Below, one piece after another: positions 12,181 to 24,790 of a stretch of 64,000 nt of DNA. Origin of the DNA: Amoebophrya sp. A120 (taxonomy: Eukaryota; Protista; Dinoflagellata); contig CAJINV010000015.1 of the NCBI GenBank assembly GCA_905178155.1, positions 911,907 through 975,906 on the forward strand, given 5' to 3'. The notes under the pieces were generated by a model. That model made no database searches and was not told where the DNA came from. It worked only from the letters and a program-made list of their open reading frames with translations. Position numbers and translations under genes: made by a program. The first letter of the stretch is position 1; each line of letters begins with the position of its first letter.

Positions 12181-15100
12181 TTACGCCCTCCTCCCAAGAA
12201 CGGTCCCCACCACAGACCCGATGGTGCCAATCACACCTCCCAGAAACCCGAGGAAACCGTCTCCGCCGGACGACTGTTCGTGAATCACCTGCGGCTCCCG
12301 GTTCGCCAGTTCCGTCATCTGTTGCGTCATGCGCTGCTGCTGTTCCTGGTGAATCCTTTGCATTTCCTGCTGCTCTTCCTGCGCCCGGCGCTGCATTTCC
12401 ACCAGCTGTGCTTGCGTCTGCTCCGCAATTTGCCGTTGCTCCTGCTCGAACCGAATCTGTTGCTCCTGCATCTCTCTCTCTTTCGCCCTCAACTCCTGCT
12501 CCGTCAGATCCTGCTGCAGCAACACGAACCGATTCTTCGCCTGCAGTTCCACCTGTTTTGCGTGGACCTCATTTTTCCGCAGGATTTCTTTCGCGGTCAT
12601 GGCGATCGCGGCTTGAAGTTCCTGAACCGATTGCTGGATCACATCAACACCGTGGTGTGAATGACTTCCGGATGAAGGAGTGGAAGGAGATGCGGAAGTA
12701 GAACTTCCATTCATTTCCACTTCCGCCAGCTCCTGAACCTTCGCTTTCCGCAATTCCAACTCCAGATTCATGGGCAGCAGCTGCCCGACATCCAGCTGAA
12801 ACTGTTGGCTCCCCGTTTCGGTAACCCGGACCGTCGGGCCGATTAAGACTCCCTGCTCGTTGTAATGGTCCTTTTGCGGGTCGGTCAGCGAGATCTGAAT
12901 GTTCCGCGTGGCGTCCACTTGCTGCTGCCGTGGGGACGACGAGGAACTAGTTCCGGAACTACTATCGCTTCCAGGAGAAACATATGAACTGCAAAACAAA
13001 GTATCGTACTCGTATAAATGCATTACAAATTCCTGCAGCATGACAAATAAAATTTGTAATGCGGATTTACCTTGAGAAAAAAATTTGTAATGCATGATTG
13101 CAATACGAGTACGATACTTATTTTGCACAGGATAAAACAAACAGGTACTGTTCTGCTTTCTCCCTCACCTCCTCAATGTACCGTTCAGTCGTGGCTAACC
13201 GGTACTGTAGGAGTCGTGCGGTGTTTTCCCGTTCCGCGATTAGTTGAAATTGCTGCTCGCAGAACTCCTTCGCATTTTGGAACGCGGAATCGAATAATTC
13301 CTTACTCGCCACTAATTTCACTTCATTCGTGAAAATCCGCCCGAGCAACACTTCCGGAAGCACGAAATTCGCGAAAAGCTCCTGCCGCAGGAAACTCGGG
13401 GGGTAAAACCCGAATTTTTCGACATGTTGCAATCCCTCAGTCCCACCGAGCATATCGGACCAGAGAACGACTGGATTCTCATCGTTTTTGCTGTCCTCGG
13501 ATGCAGCTGTAGTTCCTGGAATGAAAGGGGTTTTCAGCCGGTCCTGTAAGCCCTTGATTTGTTCCGGCGACAGAGAATTGTTCTCTTTGTCCTGCAACTG
13601 CAGCATCAGTTCGAGCGATTTCATCCATTCCAGCATGCGAAGCTCGACGACCGCCCGGGCTTTCTGCTGCTCCATGCGCTGGATCGCGAGGACGCCCTGC
13701 TCCAAATCAGGATAGGCATCCTCATCGTTCGCGTTCTCAATGAGGGACTGGAGATATTGCACCAACTGGTCTCCGTTCTGTACCACTTGAAACTGCTGTG
13801 GTGCAGCAGCAGCGGAATGACCACGACCACGCTTCTGCTTTTTCGGAAGAAAACTAGATCCACTGGCCGCTTTGCTGGTACCACCAGAAGATGCGCCACC
13901 AGCACCACCAGCTGCAACCGGTAGCATCAGAGGCTTGATGTTCTGCAAGATGTGGGTGCGCAGGCGGTCTAAAACCTGGAGGAAACCTTTGTCCATAGCG
14001 GAGGGGCCGAATTTATCGAAGGTATCGACCAGATCGGCGGACAACTTGCGCAGACTAATGGAGGAAGATTTTTTTGTCGCCCCGCCCGGCCCGGCTCTGT
14101 ACTTCGCAAATTTCGTCCCCGTCTGCATCTCCATCTGCTGAATGTTAAAGTTCGGATTCAGGGGCTCCGGGAACAGAAACAAATTCTCGTCCGGCATAAA
14201 CACGACTTCCATGTCCACAAACTCGTCCAAATTCGCAGCCCGCAAATGCTTCTGCCGCGTTTCCGCCCGCGCATCGGGAATGAAGTGCTGCTTTTTGGGT
14301 CGGCGCTGTGCTGGGGCGAATTGCGTCTTTCCACCTCGAGAAGTAGAAGCACTACCAGCGCCATGCTTCGGCGGGGGACAGGAAGCCCTTTTAGAGGAAG
14401 TGCCTGCAGCAGTTCCTGCCCGCGACTTCGGGTGACGTTCTTGACCACCCGAACTTCTTCGGGAGGACGCGCGGCTTCGGGCGGAGACATCGGTTTCCTC
14501 AGCGTCAGTTCCGATGTTCACCCACGTGGCTTCCCCCCGGTCGTAGATCGACGTCGAACCGCAGTGTTCGTCTTCCTGATAATCTTCTTCTTGGTCTTGT
14601 TGGCCATCTACCTCCTGGGTGTCAGATTGCTCTGGGTCGTCGTCTATCAAATGCAAAAATGTGGTCTGAGTCTGGAAGAATACAAGTTTGTCATGCTTGT
14701 CTGGCATGATTGACTGGAGAATCTGCGTTGCCTAGGCACGAAAAGGCCCTCTTCCCTGTCATGCAGAAACGCAGTTTGCCATGCGGAATACGTAAGACAT
14801 GGCACTGGCAGCCCAAAAATTTGTCATGCATAGCTGCGTATCGCAGTGCGTCTATCATTCACTTTGAGCATTACAAGTTTCCAGGCCCAGGAGACATATT
14901 TGCAATTCATATCGTCGACGTCCTGATCTTCATCTCCGGAAACGAAAGACGAGGACATTTCCTCATCGGAACTGCACTGCTCCTCGTCCACCACGTCTTT
15001 TAAAACGATGAAAAGTTCCTTCTTCACGGAACAAGTAGAAGAAGATCCACCTCGACTTCCACCCGACCCGCCAATCTGGTCATTGCTCTCCAAAACCCGC

Positions 15101-15822
15101 TCCGCGACCCGCAGGCCAATCTGCAGCATGTCCAACGTCGGGCGGTCGTTGATCCTCCCCGTCGGGCGAAACATGACGATGGACGACAAACCATAGGTAA
15201 TCGTGAACAGCCTTTGCTCAAACACCTGCGGGCGCAACGGATTTGCCGCCCCTTCGGAGTCGAGGAGAATGAACGTTCCCTGTGGTGTTTTCCCGTCTGC
15301 TCCGCCGTAAAACGGGAAGGTCGCGAAGTGGATTCCTAACGTGTGTGTGTCGATTCCTGACTTGACTGAGAATTTGAATCCTGACGAGGATGGGCCAGTA
15401 GATGTTCCTGACAAGCCTGTGCCAGCTGTTCCACTAGCTGCTCCTCCCGCCGCGCTCAGCATCCTGGCTAAAAAGGTCAACAACGTGCTCTTGCCCGCGC
15501 GCATCACCCCGTGGACCGCGGCGATGTAGTAGGGGCCCGGGAGTTTGCGCAGGGTTTGCTTCGCTTGCTCCGGGAGGAGGAAATCACCATCCGGCGGCGT
15601 GACGAGCAGCTGCTTCGGGGTGTTGATGATGTTCACGGCAGTACTAGACGACGAGGCGGAAGCTCCGGCGGCAGCGACAAACAAGCCTGGGTTGATGTTC
15701 TGTCCATGGAAGTTGTTCGTGTTGCCGAAAAATCCTTCGAGCAACGAAGACGGACCTCCGTGAAAGACCGCCGTCAAGGCGGCAGAGAGAAAGACTCTCG
15801 CTCGGTAGCGAAGCAAAGCCAT
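12181..15822 (-). CDS. guanylate-binding protein/atlastin-like large GTPase with N-terminal signal-like peptide and C-terminal coiled coil
   Basis: G1 GVMRAGKSTLL, G2 THTLGI, G3 LLDSEG, then LFTITYGLSSIVMF. Introners at 14645-14911 (VD|DDP) and 12983-13134 (QYLF|VSPG) join in frame. Q/E-rich coiled coil and a GFLGFLGGVIGTIGSVVG tail follow. Confidence 0.8.
12983..13134. mobile_element. introner, family B
   Basis: TSD AAACA. Confidence 0.92.
14645..14911. mobile_element. introner, family A
   Basis: TSD TCGTC. Confidence 0.9.
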
Positions 15823-16535
15823 CTTGTTCTGATTGATGATGATGTGTAGTCGTAGTGAGCTTCTTGATACTAACGGCAGGCAAGTTGCGATCGTAACGTA
15901 GGTGCTTGGTCAGTTACCAAGAGTTGGCGGGAAAGTAATGTGCGTACACTCGTGGTGCGCTGCCCTGAAACTGAAATAAATTCTACGAGGAGCCTCAATT
16001 GCCGTACACTTGTTGTATCATGATCATTTCTGCTTTTCCCGATGTGGTCAGCAGCAGGTGGATCTTCGCAACTACTTGGAAGCTGATTACGCTAGATGCA
16101 GGCAGATCTCCAGAGACCGCAAAATGGCGGACAGGAGAAGATACTCGAATGATGAGATCGCTGTCTTTCACTCCTGCGTACTAATTAGTTGCAAGATGAA
16201 CTTCATCTGTGTAGTACTCGGTGCTGACTAGAACTAGATCCTCGTGGTCATGCGGCTTTCGCTTTCTCAACATAACTCTGCTCTAGACCGTTGTACAAGT
16301 AATTACTATCCGCTGCACAATGTGATCGCACAATCCCATGTGGTGTGAATGAAGATCGAAGATGAAGATGCGTCGGAGGCATGATCAAAATCGTACAACG
16401 CACCTTTTGTGATAACTTTATCTAAAAATAACTTCACACTGTGCTTACTGCAAGGAGACAAAGATCTTTTCATGCTCCTCGTTTGCAGAAGTCCTCTTGC
16501 GTTCTTTCTTGTGCTTGTCATTTTTGACTAGTACT

Positions 16536-19337
16536 TCAAAAATCTAGCTCCAGCTCGTGCTTCACATCTGTCAGTTTCATCCATGTCCCTTCAGCAAGCG
16601 CTAATCCTCTCATCGGCGTAGATCTGCTGCCTGTTGTTGATGAGGCGGCACTTCTACCTTGATGCAAACTCAAATTTCCGATCCTCACCCTTCTTGCCTC
16701 GACAGTTTGCAATCCAGCCTTCGCCAGCAAAACTGCAAGCGGGCAGGACCGCTGACTCGTTTGCGTTTCCTGCATGGTCAGTAAGATTTTCATGGTTTGA
16801 AGTCTTGCTGGAGTGGTCCCGTTACTAGCTTCAGCATCGGATTCTGAAGATAGTTCATCCTCATCTTCAGAAAGCATTTCCACACTAGTGTCTTCGTGAT
16901 GGTGCCCAGCGCCACTGTCAATTCGTTGCAGGTTGCTGAAAACAACCGTGCGTGCCGCGGCAGCTGCACTTCCACCAGCTTTGTTTTGCGACGCAAGGAC
17001 TAGGTGCTGGAGAAGATCGAAACTACGGGTCAGGAGGTCCGGTGCGAATTTGTGTGAGGAGGGTTTGCCTTCGTGATTTCTTGCGCAGCTCTTGTTTACC
17101 TTGTTCTTCCCAATCCTCGCTCCAGGCAAAGGCTCGCATTCGATTTCGTACTCTTTTTCAATACCGAGCAAGAAAGATGTTGCCGCTGAGATATTCTGCT
17201 GCTCCTGCTGCGGCGAAGGCGAGGAACCCTGGCGTTCGTCCCCCCAGTTTGCCATTATACTGCTTTTGACAGTATCCCCATTGCTTGCGGAGTTTTCCTG
17301 AGAACAGGAGGCATCAACCGTGTCCGTGGATGAGGTCCCACTCTGTTTCTCTGCTTCGCCTGAGCCAAAGAAGAACAAATCATCGAAGGATGAACAATCC
17401 CCTTCAGCCTCTGCGTCCGAAGTTGCCTTCTGTATCATCTTCTCGTCGTCTTCATCTACAGGTTCGGCGGTGTTGAGGCCGGCCTTCCTGGATGCGCTTG
17501 CGACGCCTGTACAACTCTGCTGCTCCTCCTCATCAATGGTGGGACGCGACGCTTCAGGCGGTTGTGTTATTTCGGCACCGCGACCTGCTCCTACTCGTAC
17601 TCCTGTAGAAGGAGACGACGCTGCTCCTGCACGATGGCTTGATGAAGATGATGTGTAAGCTGATGTTGATGGTGTGGATGTACTAGCAGTTGTACCCAGC
17701 ACGTGCGACACTATCCTTCCGTCCTGCGTAAACAGCATCAGCCCCGAGTAGTGCGGGGGTAAATCGTCTATCGCGACCAACTATGCATTGCAAAAGTATC
17801 GTACTAGTATGAATGGCATTACAAATTTGCTCAGCATGAAAACTGGAACTTGTCATGCTGTTTTGCCTTAAAAGCAAGATTTGTCATGCCTAATTGCGAT
17901 TAGTACGAGTACGATACTTTTGCACTGGATACCAACTTCTGCGGCAGCTTGTTCGCGTACACGACACTATCCACAGTAAATTTCCTGTACATGTACAAAT
18001 GCAGTCTCTGCATGACAAAACTTGCCTTCAATCCTAGTGTAGCATGACAAGTTGGACACTGCAAGTTAGCGAAATTTGTCATGCATTTTGTACATGTACA
18101 GGAAATTTACATTGCATAGACACCGGAGCTAGACGATGCTGATGCTCTAGTTGCAGCGAAAGCAGATTGTGCAGCTGCACCGCGACTTGATGTACGATAG
18201 GAAGCTGCCATGCAATTAGCCGGTGTTAAGAGACTCCTGGCTGAGGGATGGGACAGCGCAGGCGTAGTAGCGTTATCCCTTGATTTATTCCGTGAAGATG
18301 CCCTCTTCAGCTCCGATGAGCCTTGCTTCAAGGCACTCGAGGCGTCACTTGTACTAATTTTATTCCCTATGCACGCGTAGTGCTTTGGCTTATTCAGCAA
18401 CACCGTGACTTTGTTTTCCTGGATGCATCTCCCCCGGTATCCACAGGAAAAAACCCATCCACATCCATTTCTTGCATGACAAACACGTCATTTGATACGC
18501 GTTTTGCATGACAAATTGGATGTGGATGGATCTTTTTCTGTGGATACCCGGTCCGTCAACTCGACGACGGTTTTTGTCGGATCAAAAAGCAATTGTTGCT
18601 GAAAAATCTCCTCTTTGTGAAGAATTTTTCCGTATGGATTGCAAAAATGTCTGGGTCTGGAAACTTGTAATGCTGCGTTGGGAATAATGAATACTCGGTA
18701 ACTAATGCACAGCCAGGCATGAAAAATATCTGCGCTTCTTTGTGTTGCGTTTTTACCATGACAAACTGCGTTTTTGCATGACAGGCAAAAGGGTCTCTTC
18801 TTGGACACGCATCACAAACTTAAACTTTTTGGTCATGCCAGACAAGCATGACAAATCTCACAATCTTCCAGACCCAGACACTTTTGCATTTGATACTCCG
18901 TTCACTTTCACCATCCCCTTCCGCAAAAACTCGTTTGCCTCCTGCCGCGCACACAGTTTGCGCTCCGCCATCAGGGACGTCAGGCGGATCAAATTTGCGG
19001 TCTTCGTCTTGCTCGGTGCTGGAGCTGGAGCTCCAGCTCCTCCTGCACCACCACCAGCGGCATTTGCTTGCAACTTTGACGTGGCGGTGAACGATGAAGA
19101 AGTCGATATGATCATCTTCAGGTGACCATCATCACGGTGCGTTCTTTTAGGTACAACTTCATTTTTCGTGGTTCCTCCGTGCTGCGCCAGCGTCCGTAGG
19201 GAACGTGTAGACGCGACTCCGATGCAGCTGTAGTTGTACGATGTATCAACGCCGCTGCTGTAATGCGTTCTCCTTGAAGATCTCCGCGCCAAGCGAGCCA
19301 GCTGCAGCTTCGACGTCGTTTTTGATGCCAATGCCAT
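16536..19337 (-). CDS. S4-domain RsuA/RluB/RluF-family pseudouridine synthase homologue (catalytic Asp apparently absent), probable mitochondrial presequence
   Basis: S4 motif IRLTSLMAERKLCARQEANEFLRKGMVKVNG, VLLNKP, DDLPPHYSGLMLFTQDG, EKEYEI, RRVRIGNLSL..LAEGTW; 4 introners all join in frame. Confidence 0.8.
17782..17931. mobile_element. introner, family B
   Basis: TSD CCAAC. Confidence 0.92.
17968..18118. mobile_element. introner, family F
   Basis: TIR ..GTAAATTTCCTGTACATGTACAAA; TSD GACAC. Confidence 0.92.
18438..18546. mobile_element. introner, family G (109 bp)
   Basis: TIR TATCCACAG.AAAA...CCATCCACATCCA; TSD CCCGG. Confidence 0.92.
18633..18895. mobile_element. introner, family A
   Basis: Flanks TTCCG/CTCCG. 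Confidence 0.9.
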
Positions 19338-20206
19338 GCTGGTATGGATGCCGCCCGCCGAGACTGTAGAAGCTGCACGGACACAGTATCTATGTAACTC
19401 TAACGATATCTTCTTCGAATTCTCGCGTCGTAAAAGAAAAAGTGGTCGTGTAACTAGAAAATATCCTAAAACTACAGCATGTTCATGTACTTAGGTAGGA
19501 TCGCGATTGACCGAGTGCTGGTTGCTTCAGGTATTAAATTTTTGCTGTCGCAAAAAAACAATATCCAGATCGCTTAGAGGGCGGCCCGCCTCCTTTCGCA
19601 AACATAAGATCCTAGCCAGAAGATCGCCTGTAATGTGCCGAATCTTGGTCGTCACGACCGACGCACACACTGAGACATGTAGAAGTTCAATGACAATGAC
19701 CAACATAGCCACCACCTGGCATGGGAGGTACTTCTCGTACTTCGGTTCTAGATCTTCACCCTGATTGTAGGTCTAGCATTACGACAAAACGCGCTCGCGC
19801 GGAACCGATAAAACCGAACAAACAATGACTGCCCGGTGATTTATGTCGAGGAAAACGCATCATCTGCCGCGCCCCAACTGTAACGGCAGCCACCAGAAAG
19901 GTCGTCGGGACCGTCGTTCGCCTTCGCGTTCCTATATGTTGCACCAATGCAAAATAAAGTTGCGAAAGTCGTATGTGGTGTTGCTAATGTTATGCGAAAC
20001 AGTGAGATAATTCAATGGCATTTCGAACTAAATTACAGGATTGGGATTCTTGTTTTGTAAACAAACATAAAAAAAAGGGTACGTATAAGTGTTCTGTCGC
20101 TCTAGGCGCTGCAAGCTATCTTAGCGCGATTTCAGCGCTTCGTCTTCAATCGTCGGAGTTGTTACAGAAGATGCTCAAACTCAAATTGAATGCGAAAAAC
20201 CAAAAC

Positions 20207-23200
20207 TCACGCCTCTGTGCCGATACCGGATTCTTCCTCCACCTGTTGTAAAAGATCATCCCTACTATCGACTTGTTGTTTCTTTGTAGAAGAAGCGCTG
20301 TCTAAAAATTCTTGCCCTTCTCCTGTTTCTTGGTGAAGAATATGATCCCTTGAAGATTTTTCATCTGACGATCGGCGGCCGCTGGTCCTGCTCGTCCCTT
20401 TCATCTTTGACGGAACTGGCGGTGGCGGTACGAAAACCTCACCGCTGCTGGAAGTTTTGTTGCTGTTTTTTCCCTCTATGATCACGACCCGTGTCTCGCT
20501 TCCGCTTGCTCGGCTTAGTTGTCTCATGCTTCGGGGCTTGTTATTTGCTGAAGAAAATGACATGTCTCCTTCGGGTCGAGGCGGAAGCGGGAGAATCTGA
20601 ATCGGTACGGACGAAATTGCGCCGGCATTGAGGTCATCACTTTCTTCTACTTCCGCAGGATTTTTGCTCATACGAGTTGTATCCACAACTCCACTGGCAG
20701 CAGCGCCGTGTTGTTCTTCGTCCTCCAAGGGCTTCGCGATAAACGAGGGCTCGACGGACATTGTTGTAGCAGGAGAGTTCACCGACGTGGTGCCCATTTT
20801 GCTAGCACCTCCGCCGATCATACTGTAGTTTTTAGCCCCGGTAGTTCTTGTACCTCCAGTAGAGTTGCTGGCCGCTGTAGAGGCCGCACCTGCCGCTGCC
20901 AGGGCCGCTATGGATTGCAAAAGTGTCTGGGTCTGGAAGAGTGGAACTTGTCATGCTAAATCCGAATCATGCAAAAATCTGTGTTGCATGATTACCAAAA
21001 GAGGCCCACTTGAGAACAAGTTTAGAGGCAGTTTCTCATGCAGAATAGGCATGAAAGAGACCTCACAGACTCTGTCATTCGAGGCCCCGCATTCCAGACC
21101 TCAAGGGTCATGGAAAAGCTGCATGACAAGTTCACACTCTTCCAGACCCAGACACTTTTGCATTTGATAGCCGCAGAAGTTGTACTACTGCTGGCCTTAC
21201 TCACGTCGTAGGACCCGGTAGCGTGTGTGTGTTTAGCAGGTGAAGCTGTTGAAGCACTGCTTCTGCTAGATATTTCGGACCTGCTCACTTCGTAGGATCC
21301 GGGCGTGTGCTTATTACGGCGCGCCGCCGCGGAATGATCGCTGATAGAACTGCCGAAGTCCTTTGCATATCAAATGTAAAAATGTCTGGGTCTGGAAGAA
21401 TGCAAGTTTGTCATGCTTGTCTGGCATGACTCTTAAATCTGTCATGCACATTACCAAAGAGCCCCACTTTTCTGTCATGCAGAAACGTAGTTTGTCATGC
21501 AGAATAGGCAACACCTAGAAGCTCAGAAACTTGTCATGCTGAGCCAGCAATTGCCGCCTCCTCATGATACGCCACACAGCATCACAAGTTTCCAGACCCA
21601 GACATTTTTACATTTGATATTGCAGGGTCATACCCCATCTCCTTCGCCATGGCCTTCAGCTTCAACTCCGCGTTATGGATTGCAAATATGTCTGGTGGGT
21701 CTGGAAGGATGTTGCAACTTGTCATGCTGGATTTGGATTCTGCATAAATCTGTATTGCATGGCCAGCTAGCAAAAGAGGTCCAGTTTTTTCTACGGCGAG
21801 AGGGCATTTCTCATGCGGTATAGGCATCAGGAAGCCCGCGCAAGAACATCTGTGATGCTAGGGCATGCATCACAGACATCAGGAGTCATGCAAAATGTGC
21901 ATGACAAACCTTACATTCTTGTTCCAGATCCAGACACATTTGCACTTGATACGCGTTTGCCTCTCGCTGCCACGAATAGGCCATGACCGCAATGATGCTT
22001 AGCAGCACGAGTGCTCCGATTAATGAGGAAATGCAAATCACCATTATGCACTGCAAAAGTATCGCACTAACTCGTAGCAATTGCATTTATGCATTACAAG
22101 TCTTTTTCTTAAGGTAAATCAGCATTACAGATAATTTGCATTTGATTTGTAATGCTGAGGAAATAATTTGTAAATGCATTTATACGAGACTCCGATACTT
22201 TTGCACTGCATAACCGTCATGGAGCAACCACTTTCAGAAGTTGTAGGTGTGTAGGTGTGCGGGTGGAGGTCCTCCTCCTCCTTGTGAGCAGCTCCTGCCG
22301 CGGTTGTACCAACATTATCTAAACTGTTGGACGAGGAACTATTCTGAAACACGACTGTGGACGCAGAGTCCCCCGATGGTGAAGGCGGCGGCTGCGCCGG
22401 GTCCACCCCTTTATCATCAGGTTTATTCAACTTCCAATAAGCCTTTGATATCCTTCCTGAGCCGATGCCCTGTTCGGAAAATTCACCCTCCTTGCTTAGC
22501 TTCTCCGCGATAATTTTTTTATCGTGCGTAGTTGTGACGGCGCAAACTGGTTTGGTGTTCCGATAGGGTAGTTCTTGGGGACTACTAGGACTACCTTCTG
22601 GTCGTCCTGCATGTTCTTGAGTTGTGCTATTTATCCCTGGTGCCCCCCCTCTCCGATAAATAGTACCGAAGTGAAACTCATTGTCCTGAATGTGGCACCC
22701 CACTGGACCGTCCCAGTTATCCGACGCCGCCAGTTCTTTTGTCGCGAACATCATCTTCGCCGATAGGATTATGCATTTTGCAAACATGTTGTTTGATCAA
22801 CGACCTCTCATCGGGATGGGGATCTGATAGACAACCTGAAATAATAATGAAGATGAAGCAGTATAATTTTTATACTATGCGTCCCCTAGCCTGATTGATT
22901 CTGCTCCCTAGCTTATTCGGACGGAGCAGGAGGTGCTACTAACTAGCGTCTTTGTTCTTGAGAAGTCTTTTTGTTTTTGTTCTTTTGAGTAAAAATCGGT
23001 AAAAAGTCATGCTCATCATGCAACCGACGTTCTTGCAGGATAGTCACAACGACCATTCCGCGCTTCATCATTTCCTGAGGACCCCGATGACTTTTCGTCA
23101 CAACTACTGTATGCACGGTTTTGATACATGACGCCTCTAGACAATCCGCGTACGAGGTAATGGCATCGCCACACCGGCCGCAGTTGACCGTGCCTTCCAC

Positions 23201-24790
23201 GCCAAACCGGTAGAGTCGCGAAGGGTCGTACTTGTTCCCCTTCCAGGAGAGATGCTCCCCACAGGGAGGTGGCGTGCCCGGGTACTTAAACGCAGACCGG
23301 GGTATGAAGAGGTTGCCCTGTATTTGGTCCTTCCGTGCGGGTGTTAAACTGAAACTCCGGGGCGTTCTCGGGTGCCCTAGCGTACGCCTCAAGCTCCGGA
23401 ATCCCTAGGCCGAGCAACGGCCGCACATCCTGCACGTGACACCCTCCAGCAGGGCCGTCCCAATTATCAAATGCAAAAATGTCTGGGTCGGAAGATTTCG
23501 GGATTTGTGATGCATAGTATGTATGATCCATGATGCATGTAATGCATGATCTAGCATCACAGATTTTTAGAGGGCTCCCTAGTGCCTATTCCGCATGAGA
23601 AATTCCCTCTCCGCGTGACACAAACTGGACTCCTGTTGCTGGTCACGCAATACAGATTCAGATTTTTTTCAAATCCAAAGACAGCTTCACAAGTTGCTAC
23701 CTTCCAGACCCAGACATATTTGAAATGCATACGGGAAGCTTGTAGACATTCGTTCCTCGTAAGTGGTGATGGTCGTGCCACACCGTCCGCAATTCGCGGT
23801 TGCTTCCTCGCCGAGAACATAGTAACGCAATCTGACTTTGTCCAGTTGTACTGCCCAAACATCGATCCCGCAGGGTTTGCTCGGCGGGGTCACGGTCGTG
23901 GAAAGAGCGAGATCTGTTCAAAAATTAATATCAGATTGATGAGAAAGTTGTTGTATCTATTCATTTTGAAAATAGTCAAGGGGCAAATGAAAAAAAATTT
24001 GCGCAATTACCGAATGACTAGGGAGAAGACTCAGCATTATACGTTGTTGTACTACTAACAATTTGTCAAGAAGTTAAAGTAAAGTTGTTGTACCAGCACT
24101 AGAAGCGTTGTAGCTCGTCCCTTGATCTTCTGTATCCCCTGCACTTGATGTTGGCTGCGGAAGCATTGGCGAAGGTGCAGGTGGTGGACCGCGATCAAGT
24201 GTATTATTTTCAGAAGTCCTGTTCATCAGTATTCCCTCGCCACTTCTCTCCTGCTCGTCTTGCTCGTCTCCAATTGTTCCAATTTCGTTTCCACCAACAC
24301 TACTAATGAGGTGCCGGGCGGGGATCGTGCTGATGGTAGTTGTTGTCGTGGAAGGCGATGTTGATACTTTCGACGTGGCCCCTCCCTGGAGAAAATTCAC
24401 CTTTCTGTAGAAGTTCTTGCTCATGTCCCTTCTTGATGTCCACCTCTCGTCATGATTTTCATCGGTGCCAGCAGCGCCAACAAGCAGGCCACCAGCATCA
24501 CCAGGACCTCCAGGGACAATAGGTGCATGAGGAATTCTTCTACTTGTCGACGTCCTCCAGGAATTTGTACGCTCTTCGTCTTCTACTACCTCCGTCGATG
24601 TTTGTTTTCGATTTCGTCTTGTTGTTCTCGGACGAAATGAAGGTCTCAACCGCTCGGAGGTGGTGGAACTGGATCTGGATGTGGACCACGACCCGTCTAC
24701 AGGAAATACAGCGAAAACTACTGCTACCCGACTGCATCCGAAAGCAGCTGCACAAGCAGCTACAGAGAACAACAGAGAAGGAGGAGACAT
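20207..24790 (-). CDS. type I membrane protein with signal peptide, two Cys-rich repeats, TM helix and low-complexity tail (apparent +1 frameshift near 23288)
   Basis: Signal MSPPSLLFSVAACAAAFG. Repeats NCGRCG..IT.Y..CL.AS and WDGP..GCH.QD..EF.F..PVC occur twice. TM VICISSLIGALVLLSIIAVMAY. One GT-AG intron (23914-24093) and 6 introner-type introns. Confidence 0.7.
20909..21169. mobile_element. introner, family A
   Basis: TSD GCCGC; opposite orientation to related copies at 26920 and 47012. Confidence 0.92.
21368..21619. mobile_element. introner, family A (252-bp subfamily)
   Basis: TSD TTGCA. Confidence 0.92.
21674..21951. mobile_element. introner, family A
   Basis: TSD CGCGT. Confidence 0.9.
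22045..22212. mobile_element. introner, family B
   Basis: Flanks ACCAT/ACCGT. Confidence 0.9.
22770..23126. mobile_element. degenerate introner-like non-canonical intron
   Basis: Decayed TIR (TATGCATTTTGCAAACATGTTGT vs TATCAAAACCGTGCATACAGTAGTTGT) and no TSD match, but removing element plus 5 nt restores the frame. Confidence 0.5.
23465..23731. mobile_element. introner, family A, mismatched flanks (possible recombinant)
   Basis: Intact TIRs but flanks CCAAT/CGGGA. Confidence 0.85.
23914..24093 (-). other. canonical GT-AG intron
   Basis: GCT G|GTACAA...TTGAACAG|AT CTC, phase 1, in frame. Confidence 0.75.
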
